This document shows positions 33,187-41,172 of a DNA stretch of 64,000 nucleotides, piece after piece. The stretch spans positions 9,243 to 73,242 of the forward strand of contig CBFHWX010000002.1 in assembly GCA_965659445.1 (NCBI GenBank), in the 5' to 3' direction. A model generated the notes under the pieces. The model was not told the origin of the DNA. It searched no databases and saw only the letters and a program-made list of their open reading frames with translations. The DNA comes from Limisphaerales bacterium (GTDB taxonomy: Bacteria; Verrucomicrobiota; Verrucomicrobiia; Limisphaerales; UBA1100). A program made the position numbers and the translations under genes. The stretch's first letter is position 1; each line of letters begins with the position of its first letter.

Positions 33187-35307
33187 ATGAGTGCTGCCCC
33201 CGCCCAACCTGAAGCCCGGTGGTCTGAGCTAGGGCTCGTGGCCTTCGTGTTTGGGGTGCTGATGTGCATGATCCTGCCAATGCGGCCGTGGATGCTGGAC
33301 ATCATGCTGGCACTGAGCATCTCCACTGGCCTGCTCGTGATGCTGGTGATCATCTACCTTCGTGATCCCGCAGGCTTCACAAGCTTTCCGACGCTCCTGC
33401 TTATCGTCACCCTGTTTCGATTGGGGCTTAATATAGCAACGACGCGGCTCATTCTCGGTGAAGCTCAGGCTGGCCAGATCATTCAGAAGTTCGGTGAGGT
33501 GGTAGTGCAAAATAACTATGTGGTTGGTTTTGTGGTGTTTGTCATTCTTACGGTGATCAACTTCGTGGTCATCACCAAGGGAGCTGGTCGCATCGCGGAG
33601 GTGGCGGCTAGATTCACCTTGGATGCGATGCCTGGTAAACAAATGGCGATCGACGCTGAGCTTAACGCGGGTCTCATCAAGGAAGAACAGGCCCGCAAAC
33701 GGCGTGATGAGCTCTCTAAGGAAGCAGATTTTTACGGTTCGATGGATGGTGCCAGCAAGTTTGTGCGCGGTGATGCTATCGCCGGTATCATCATCACTCT
33801 GGTGAATATCATTGGCGGTATTGGCATTGGGGTGATGCAACGCAGCATGGAAGTAGGCCAAGCACTACAAACCTACACTATTCTGAGTATTGGTGATGGT
33901 CTTGTGTCCCAGATTCCGGCGCTGGTGATCTCTACGGCAGCCGGTATCCTGGTAACGCGATCTGCGGAAAAACAAAGCCTCGGAACCACGCTTACCAAGC
34001 AGCTATTTTTGCAGCCCAAAGTTTTGAAAGTGCTTTCAATCTCCATGCTTCTGCTGTCCCTTTTCTCGTTACTCACAAGCATGCTGCCGTGGTTCCCGTT
34101 CATGTGTATGGGAGCATTGTTTGGTTTCATGCATCGCAACTTTCAGGAACGCGGCCTGTTGGTTGAACAGCCGGTGGGGCCGGATTTTGATGATGGATCT
34201 TCTCCGGATGGCGGCTCCGAAGGAGGGAGTGATGATCCTACGGACGGCACACCTGGCAGTCCGGAAAAAATGGAAGAACTGCTCAATCTCGATACGTTGC
34301 AAATTGAACTGGGATACGGCCTGCTTTCACTGGCGGACCCGAAGAAGGGTGGTGATGTGTTGGAGCGTGTGACCAGTGTGCGCCGTAATTTTGTTCAGGA
34401 AATGGGTTTTATCATTCCCGCAGTGCGCTTACGTGATAATCTAGAACTGCAGCCCAACGAATACCGCTTTGTGTTCCGTGGCCAACTCATAGCCACCGGT
34501 GAAGTGATGCCCGGCTATTCGCTCGCGATGAACACGAACAACAGTACTGAGGTGTTGCCTGGAGTGCAGACCACCGAGCCGGTCTTTGGCTTGCCGGCCA
34601 CGTGGATCACGGAGGTCGAACGCAAAAACGCTGAGATGGCCGGTTACACCGTGGTGGATCCGGCGTCTGTGCTCGTCACGCATTTCAGTGAGACCATCAA
34701 ACGTCATTGTCACCAGATTCTCAGCCGACAGGATGTGCAGGTGTTGCTGGACAATCTCAAGGAAAACAATCCAGCACTCGTGAACGAGTTGGTGCCGGCT
34801 CTTCTCAGCGTAGGTCAGGTGCAACGCGTTCTACAAAATCTCCTTTCTGAGGGCGTTTCCATTCGGAATCTCGTGGGTGTCCTCGAGCGCGTGGCCGATT
34901 ATGCGGCAACAACAAAGAACCCTGACGAGCTTTCCGAGCAGGCGCGAAAATCCATCGGCGCGCAAGTGGTGAAGCCGTACCTTGACGATAACAATAATCT
35001 CCCCGCAATCACCCTTGATCCATGGCTTGAGGAGGAAATGGTTAAAGGGATTCGCCCGTCGCAAAATGAGACGGTTCTGCTGATCGATCCAAAGATTGCC
35101 GAGCACCTGTCACATCATCTGCATCAAAACATCCAGCCGATGATTGCCGAGGGTCGCACGCCTGCTGTGATTTGTTCGTCAATGATTCGAGCTGGACTGC
35201 GCCGTTTCTTTGCGGCGAAGTTCCCTGAGCTGGCATTTCTAAGCTACGAAGAATTGCCACCCAAAATTGAAATCGTGCCGGTTGCCACCGTGCCGTCCAT
35301 GCAATAA
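33187..35307 (+). CDS. flhA: Export gate protein FlhA
   Basis: 706 aa with FPTLLLIVTLFRLGLNIATTRLIL, RFTLDAMPGKQMAIDAELNAG and GSMDGASKFVRGDAIAGIIITLVNIIGG. Confidence 0.95.
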   Translation: MSAAPAQPEARWSELGLVAFVFGVLMCMILPMRPWMLDIMLALSISTGLLVMLVIIYLRDPAGFTSFPTLLLIVTLFRLGLNIATTRLILGEAQAGQIIQKFGEVVVQNNYVVGFVVFVILTVINFVVITKGAGRIAEVAARFTLDAMPGKQMAIDAELNAGLIKEEQARKRRDELSKEADFYGSMDGASKFVRGDAIAGIIITLVNIIGGIGIGVMQRSMEVGQALQTYTILSIGDGLVSQIPALVISTAAGILVTRSAEKQSLGTTLTKQLFLQPKVLKVLSISMLLLSLFSLLTSMLPWFPFMCMGALFGFMHRNFQERGLLVEQPVGPDFDDGSSPDGGSEGGSDDPTDGTPGSPEKMEELLNLDTLQIELGYGLLSLADPKKGGDVLERVTSVRRNFVQEMGFIIPAVRLRDNLELQPNEYRFVFRGQLIATGEVMPGYSLAMNTNNSTEVLPGVQTTEPVFGLPATWITEVERKNAEMAGYTVVDPASVLVTHFSETIKRHCHQILSRQDVQVLLDNLKENNPALVNELVPALLSVGQVQRVLQNLLSEGVSIRNLVGVLERVADYAATTKNPDELSEQARKSIGAQVVKPYLDDNNNLPAITLDPWLEEEMVKGIRPSQNETVLLIDPKIAEHLSHHLHQNIQPMIAEGRTPAVICSSMIRAGLRRFFAAKFPELAFLSYEELPPKIEIVPVATVPSMQ

Positions 35308-35340
35308 ACCGGACCGCCGCGCCCGGGACATTTTCCACGC

Positions 35341-36456
35341 ATGAACGCTGTCAAGATCATCGCCGCCTCAGCGCAGGAAGCTCTTGAACAGGTGCAAGCT
35401 CAAGTCGGTCCTGATGCAGTCATTCTCAATGTGCGCAAGTTACCCGTAGGTGGCATGAAAAAACTGTGGGTCAAACCGCAGGTTGAGGTACTTGCCACTG
35501 CGCCGGAGCAAGAGATTAGCGAGCAGGAATCGCTAAGGCAGCTCACCGTCAAAGTGAAGCAACTTGAGGGCGAACTCCATGCCCGGGGAATCACTCCGAC
35601 AGAGACGTTGCCTAGCCCCGATGCCAAGCTACCGCCCAAGGTGATGCAGATGATCCGCGCCGCGCAGGGTGACAAGCTGGAAGAGGCGCTGTTGCCCGCA
35701 GTACAAGTGCTGGAGCAGATCGGCCTACTGCCTTCGCATGCCCGCTGGCTTTCCTCACAATCAATCAATTTCCTTGGGGCCACCAAGCCGCGCAATCTAC
35801 CCGAAGAAATGGAGCTGCTGCGCGAGGTGCTTTCTGAATACTGGCATCAATTGGCGCGGCGTTTGGAAAAGCCAGGTAATCCCGTCCGTGTGCTTGTGGG
35901 TACACCCGGATCCGGCAAGACCACGGTGCTGGCTAAGTGGGCCACTCAGGAAACCTTTCTTCGCCAGCGCCCCTCACGTATTTGGCGTCTGGATGCGGAT
36001 CGGCCGAACACTGCGGAATTTCTGAGCCTTCACGGAGAACTATTGCAAGTACCCGTGGAACGCGTGTGGGATCCGGATGAGCAGCCGCCGGAAGATACAT
36101 TGCGCTTGGTGGATTTTCCCGGGGTGCCGGCTGATCAAGCAGACTCACTTGAGGCATTGGCTCGGCAGGTGAAAGATCTCGGTGAATCAGAAATCCACCT
36201 TGTGCTCAATGCGGCATATGATCTGGGCTTATTATTGCGTCAGGCCAAGGCGTTTTCGCTGCTTCGACTGTCCGGGGTGATCCTCACCCATGTCGATGAA
36301 GCGGATCGATGGAGTAAAGTGTGGAACATAATGCTTGCCACTCAATTGCCCATCACCTACCTCTCCGGCGGGCAGGATATCCCCGGCGATTTTCATCCGG
36401 CCATCCCGGAGTCCCTCTTTGATGCCTGGGTTTCCTCAGCGATGGCACGGGACTAG
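35341..36456 (+). CDS. flhF: SRP-type GTPase FlhF
   Basis: The G1 motif is VLVGTPGSGKTT. DTLRLVDFPG and LTHVDE resemble the FlhF/FtsY G-domain. It follows flhA. Confidence 0.85.
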   Translation: MNAVKIIAASAQEALEQVQAQVGPDAVILNVRKLPVGGMKKLWVKPQVEVLATAPEQEISEQESLRQLTVKVKQLEGELHARGITPTETLPSPDAKLPPKVMQMIRAAQGDKLEEALLPAVQVLEQIGLLPSHARWLSSQSINFLGATKPRNLPEEMELLREVLSEYWHQLARRLEKPGNPVRVLVGTPGSGKTTVLAKWATQETFLRQRPSRIWRLDADRPNTAEFLSLHGELLQVPVERVWDPDEQPPEDTLRLVDFPGVPADQADSLEALARQVKDLGESEIHLVLNAAYDLGLLLRQAKAFSLLRLSGVILTHVDEADRWSKVWNIMLATQLPITYLSGGQDIPGDFHPAIPESLFDAWVSSAMARD

Positions 36457-36458
36457 TA

Positions 36459-37892
36459 TCAGGACGATGTTACCACGCCACCTGCGAGGCGTGAGGTGGA
36501 AAACTGCGCGCAGTGGTTGAAGAGGCAGTGGTTTATTTCTTCCATCAAGTCATCCCAGTGACCTGGTTTATCCTGTCGAAATAGACGCATGGATGGGTAC
36601 CAAGGAGTGTCAGTGCGATGCAGTCGCCATCGCCAGTCAGCAGCGAAGGGGAGAAGTGTCCAGGTAGGTTTGCCGAGGGCTCCGGCCAAGTGTGCGACGG
36701 CAGTGTCTACGGAGATTACCAGATCGGTTTGGCTGATAATTTTGGCGGAGTCGGCAAAATCGCTGATGGAATCCTGCAAGTCATGCACGTTTGAGCGCCG
36801 GTTCATGTCGGCCACCGCTGTGGCGTCCGCATTAATCTGCAAGGAATAGAACGTACAGTTTGGAGTGTTGAAAAGTTTACAAAATTTCGTATAGGGCACT
36901 GTTTTCTTCTCTTTAATCTCACTGTGCGGTGCGCTGGTCCAGGTGACAGCTACTTTCTTGTGGCCTGGTTTTGCTTCCGGAATGGACGCGATAGAAAGTT
37001 CATCAGGCGAGAGATAGGCTTGGGAGTGGAAATCGTTTTCGCGCGTGACCTTGAGCAAGTGAGGCAGGCTCATAAGTGGAGCCTGCAGGTCATAGCTTGG
37101 CAGTTTTTCCCCGTTGGCCACCACATGTTCCAACCCAGGTTGAGTGCTGAAGAGGCGCTTGAGTTGAGGCTGGCACTCTAGGAAGATACGGTTGTGGCCT
37201 TGGCCCATTTGCTGGGCGAAACGCAGGAACATGATTGTGTCCCCAAAGCCTTGTTCGGTGTAAAGGAGCAGGGAGCGTCCATCGAGTGCGTCGCCCTTCC
37301 ACTCGGGTTTTTTGTAGGTGGGTTTCTGTTTGTTTCTCGCTTTCCACCGGAACTCATAATCGCGCCATCCTCGGGTGTAGTCGCCCAGCATCAAGCAAGT
37401 GAGTCCGTGATTCCACCGCAAATCAGGATGATTGGGGTTGTAATAAAGCGCCTTTCGATATTGCATGAGCGCCTCGGGCGCACGATTTTGTTCCTCCAAA
37501 ATCCAACCAAGGTTTACAGCGGCTTGCGCGGAATCCGGACTCACCATCAGTTCCTTTTCCAAGCACGCCTCAGCGGAGGCAATATCGCCCAACAGCTGGT
37601 GTGAATTAGCCATACCCAAGTGGATGCCGGGCTCTTCAGGTTTGCGGCGGGCGGCTGCCTTAAAGTGATTGAGCGCTTCTGTGGGGCGGATTTGTTTGAG
37701 GCGAGCGGCGCCGTAATTGTACCGCAGATCGGGGGAATCGGCACCAAGGTCAAGGACCCGTTGGTATACGGATACAGCAAGGTCTAGCTCTCCCATTTTC
37801 TGGAAGAACAGTCCAAATTTCTGCAGCGCTTCAGCCTTGGACAAGTCCTGAGCTGAGTGGCTGGATTCAACGTCCGTGTTGATTCTCATCAT
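36459..37892 (-). CDS. TPR-repeat protein fused to a GT9 (heptosyltransferase-like) glycosyltransferase domain
   Basis: The N-terminal ~190 aa are TPR-like (LQKFGLFFQKMGELDLAVSVYQRVL...). The C-terminal part has LLLYTEQGFGDTIMFLRFAQ and ISVDTAVAHLAGALGKPTWTLLPF, the GT9 DTGxxHLAxAxGxP motif. Confidence 0.75.
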   Translation of the reverse strand: MMRINTDVESSHSAQDLSKAEALQKFGLFFQKMGELDLAVSVYQRVLDLGADSPDLRYNYGAARLKQIRPTEALNHFKAAARRKPEEPGIHLGMANSHQLLGDIASAEACLEKELMVSPDSAQAAVNLGWILEEQNRAPEALMQYRKALYYNPNHPDLRWNHGLTCLMLGDYTRGWRDYEFRWKARNKQKPTYKKPEWKGDALDGRSLLLYTEQGFGDTIMFLRFAQQMGQGHNRIFLECQPQLKRLFSTQPGLEHVVANGEKLPSYDLQAPLMSLPHLLKVTRENDFHSQAYLSPDELSIASIPEAKPGHKKVAVTWTSAPHSEIKEKKTVPYTKFCKLFNTPNCTFYSLQINADATAVADMNRRSNVHDLQDSISDFADSAKIISQTDLVISVDTAVAHLAGALGKPTWTLLPFAADWRWRLHRTDTPWYPSMRLFRQDKPGHWDDLMEEINHCLFNHCAQFSTSRLAGGVVTSS

Positions 37893-38023
37893 TTACCGCT
37901 TTCTAAGGTGTCTCCACCTGTTTTGGTCCATCCTTGGGCGCGGTATCGCCATTGCCATTTCTGGCTAGTATTTTCCGAGTATTACTCGGCAGTTTTTGCC
38001 GTTGGCTTTAGCAAAAACTGCCT

Positions 38024-38071
38024 GAAAAAAGAAAAAAGACCGCTGATTAGAGGAAACCCTCCATTCAGCGG
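38024..38071 (-). terminator. Rho-independent terminator after the 635-aa lipoprotein gene
   Basis: On the minus strand CCGCTGA...TCAGCGG, with an inner GAGG/CCTC pairing, is followed by TCTTTTTTCTTTTTTC. Confidence 0.6.
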
Positions 38072-38104
38072 CCAAATTTGAGAAAAACTACCGTTTTTAG
38101 CGAT

Positions 38105-40012
38105 TTACTTATCTTCCCTTGCACCTTCAACAGGTGCTATCTCAATAGCCTCCTGTGCTTCTTCGCCAGGGAACGACGCATCTAATTCACCGGCCATGGA
38201 AGCGATCTGCATGCTCAAATCTACGAGTTGCTTTAGGCCGTTGGCTTTCTTGTCTTTGAAGGTCAATTTTGCAAGCATTCCCTGCTCATTATCACCCATG
38301 GTGCCTGTGAAGGATGCTTCATCTAGTTTGCCCAATATCTGCGCGATCCTCTGCGCCTCCTCCTCACCTTCTCCGAGTTTTTGTATCAATGCCCTCACGG
38401 CATCAATCTGGATGTAGCCACCCATGTCTCCACTGAGCATTTTTTGGTGCCTCTTGGCGGCTGGGTTTTGTGCCTGGCCTCCATTTACGGCAGGTCCATG
38501 GTTTTGGCTGCAGATGAAAAAGGCATTTTCATTCTGCGCAATCTGCATGCCAAAGGCATTGAGGCTGGGTAGGAAGCCCTGTATGGCTGGGTTGTTCAAG
38601 AGTTTGTTGAAGTTGGCCTTGTTGTCGATGGTCATCCCGAGCAGGAACTGTGGCATCACCCCTAAATCACCTCCCATTTCGAGGCCGTCAAACACAGCAA
38701 GGAAATCGCCCTTAGGAATGGTGAGCACATCCTCAATCGTCAGGCCCATCATATTTTCAATCTCCTGAGTCATCTCGGCGGCCTCTCCATTCTTAAGCAA
38801 AGGGAGCAACTGCTTGATCATTATATCGCGGAGAGGTTTCATGTTGATCGCCTCTGCCCCGGCCAAGATTGCGTTGTTGGGGACGAGCTTGAGAAAGCTT
38901 TTATCCAAGCCACCCTTGCTTAAACCCTTGTAGAGTTCGCTATCGGTATAGGAGATCATGTCCATGTCTATGCTGCCCGGTTCAAAACGTACGGCAATGG
39001 TGTACTCCATGTCTTTGGCCATGTCTTTGGTCAATGCAGTTAGAGGGTCGCCGCCTGGAAGTCCACCGGCGGCATCGAAGGCCATGTTCATGAAGCTTTC
39101 ATAATCCATCCAAGCGGCTACATCATATTTACTCTGCAGTAGCACCGCTGCTTTTGAGTCTTTGGCCAACGCTTTCTTGCTGGCAAAACGGTCGGCCAAT
39201 TGGCCGGGCATCTTGGCAACATCTTCAGGATTACTGCTGGCAACAAAGATGAAGGCATCCTTTGAGTAACCCAATGCTGCGGCAACGCCTTCGCCATCCG
39301 GAGGCATCATGCTCTTGTAGCCTTCGCCCTTGCCGCGCTTCACATCATCACCTCCCAATGCGAATAACTTGTTCAAAGCGGTCTCTAATGCATCGGCATT
39401 TTTCACCGAGGCCACTAGGCCGCCACTGACCAATGGCTCGCCAAATGGATCATCAGCTGCTGGGGCTGCAACCTTCACATAAATATGGATAGGCTGGGCA
39501 ACATCAATTCCACTCGCAGCCGGATTCTTGATGATGGCTTGCAAAAGTTCATCGTCCAACTCACTGGCCATCGCCTCGAAGATCGGTGATTCCAACAGCT
39601 TCCTATAGCCGCCTTTTTGCAGCATTTGGCCCACGTTGACGGAAAAAATCGCGTGGGAGTCAGACGGTAGATATTTGGCGTTGGCGGGGAGAGGTTGTGC
39701 TGGAGCCTTCTTGGCCACCGGAGTCACCGCAACTGGGATCGCCACGGGTGGCTCGACCGCAGTTGGTGCAGAGGTATCTTCCACATTGGGCACTAGACCG
39801 GCAGTGGTTTCACCACCTTTCGTTGCCTCATTATTGGCTGCGGCGATGGGTTGGGCAGTGCTCGGGGGTGAAAATTCTCCACCAGTTTGTTTTGTCTCAT
39901 CGGCGGATTTGTTGCAGCCCATCCAGAGAACGGCTGTGAGCATGGCGACCGGAAGACACCAAATAAATGTATGGGCAGAGAGTCCAGTCTTGTATAAGCG
40001 GGGAATTTGCAT
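38105..40012 (-). CDS. Probable lipoprotein, 635 aa, function unknown
   Basis: The signal sequence ends in LWMGC. A Pro/Ala/Thr-rich linker precedes a large globular region. No catalytic motif was recognised. Confidence 0.65.
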   Translation of the reverse strand: MQIPRLYKTGLSAHTFIWCLPVAMLTAVLWMGCNKSADETKQTGGEFSPPSTAQPIAAANNEATKGGETTAGLVPNVEDTSAPTAVEPPVAIPVAVTPVAKKAPAQPLPANAKYLPSDSHAIFSVNVGQMLQKGGYRKLLESPIFEAMASELDDELLQAIIKNPAASGIDVAQPIHIYVKVAAPAADDPFGEPLVSGGLVASVKNADALETALNKLFALGGDDVKRGKGEGYKSMMPPDGEGVAAALGYSKDAFIFVASSNPEDVAKMPGQLADRFASKKALAKDSKAAVLLQSKYDVAAWMDYESFMNMAFDAAGGLPGGDPLTALTKDMAKDMEYTIAVRFEPGSIDMDMISYTDSELYKGLSKGGLDKSFLKLVPNNAILAGAEAINMKPLRDIMIKQLLPLLKNGEAAEMTQEIENMMGLTIEDVLTIPKGDFLAVFDGLEMGGDLGVMPQFLLGMTIDNKANFNKLLNNPAIQGFLPSLNAFGMQIAQNENAFFICSQNHGPAVNGGQAQNPAAKRHQKMLSGDMGGYIQIDAVRALIQKLGEGEEEAQRIAQILGKLDEASFTGTMGDNEQGMLAKLTFKDKKANGLKQLVDLSMQIASMAGELDASFPGEEAQEAIEIAPVEGAREDK

Positions 40013-40090
40013 GAGCCGAGTATAGATATGTGAAATATTTCAGCCAGTCCTTTTTTTGACAAAAAATGTCATACGGCTTTCCCACAGACA

Positions 40091-41164
40091 ATGGGATGGT
40101 ACACTGTGGGAATGCGTTGGCTGATGATCACGATGCTGATAGTGGCTTGGGGATGTGGCAAATCGCCGGTTTCGGAGTTGCAGCCGGAAGTTACGTTTGA
40201 TTTGGCAAAGCCTGCGCGGATTGAGTTGAGGGTACTAGGAGAGCCGGGGTTGTGGAAGCAGGACAACATGCTGATCTTTCCCAATGCGGAAACCAACCTC
40301 AATCAAACCAATCGCTTCACTGCGACAACACAGGAGAGCTGGGCGCTCAGGGGAAATCTGCTATTATTGGAAACCGAAATTAGCGGAGAGCAGCCGGGGT
40401 ACGAGTTGGTGGTTAAAAATTATAACGCCGCCGCTGCAACCAACCGGTATCGCTGCACTTGGTTTTATGATGATGGACTAGTGCGTGGGTATGCCGGTCA
40501 GTGGCGGCCGAAACAGGCACGCATGGACTGGCTTCCTCTGTACCTGTCAGGTGCGGCGAAGGGGTTTGATATTCAAATGACCGAAATTTCAACCGGTCCA
40601 ATGGAAAAGCAGCTCGATTTTCAAATCACTATTAATGGGAAGGTTACCTTGAGTGGACTTTTCAAGGCAAAACATGCTGGTAATAATGTCCGGTCCAAAG
40701 AGGGTTCGGATCCCGCCAGCAAGGAACTTGGGCGATTGGGACGAGGCGGAATATGGAAGGAGACGCAAACGGTTTCCGAGGGAGGAGCCACCAAGAATCT
40801 GGAGTTGTTGAACCGTATGCGATGGTCGCGCGGTGGGAAATTTCTTATCAACGAAGGCGTGGTCAATCAGGAGGGTGCTTCAGAATATTTCATGTGGGTG
40901 AAGACGTGGGATGCCGAGGATGATGTATATCGGTGGGCCTATTTTTTCCAGAATGGATGGATCGAACATTTTACAGGCCGCTGGGATGCATCCAAGCAGC
41001 TGATTACCTGGCGTCTTGTCTGGCCAGTCTCGAACTTGGGCAAAGTGCTCCGTGAACGCTTCCTTGGCCCCGAGAAGCGTTCCTGGACATTCGAAGTACA
41101 AAACGCGTCCGGCATCATTGCGACCGGCTCAGGTGGAAGCCAGTTCAAAGGTAATGCCGAGTAG
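40091..41164 (+). CDS. Probable lipoprotein with an internally duplicated domain
   Basis: The signal is MRWLMITMLIVAWGC (alternative ATG at 40112). The two halves share YRCTWFYDDGLVRGYAGQWRPKQARMDW and YRWAYFFQNGWIEHFTGRWDASKQLITW. Confidence 0.6.
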   Translation: MGWYTVGMRWLMITMLIVAWGCGKSPVSELQPEVTFDLAKPARIELRVLGEPGLWKQDNMLIFPNAETNLNQTNRFTATTQESWALRGNLLLLETEISGEQPGYELVVKNYNAAAATNRYRCTWFYDDGLVRGYAGQWRPKQARMDWLPLYLSGAAKGFDIQMTEISTGPMEKQLDFQITINGKVTLSGLFKAKHAGNNVRSKEGSDPASKELGRLGRGGIWKETQTVSEGGATKNLELLNRMRWSRGGKFLINEGVVNQEGASEYFMWVKTWDAEDDVYRWAYFFQNGWIEHFTGRWDASKQLITWRLVWPVSNLGKVLRERFLGPEKRSWTFEVQNASGIIATGSGGSQFKGNAE

Positions 41165-41172
41165 TGGGGAAC

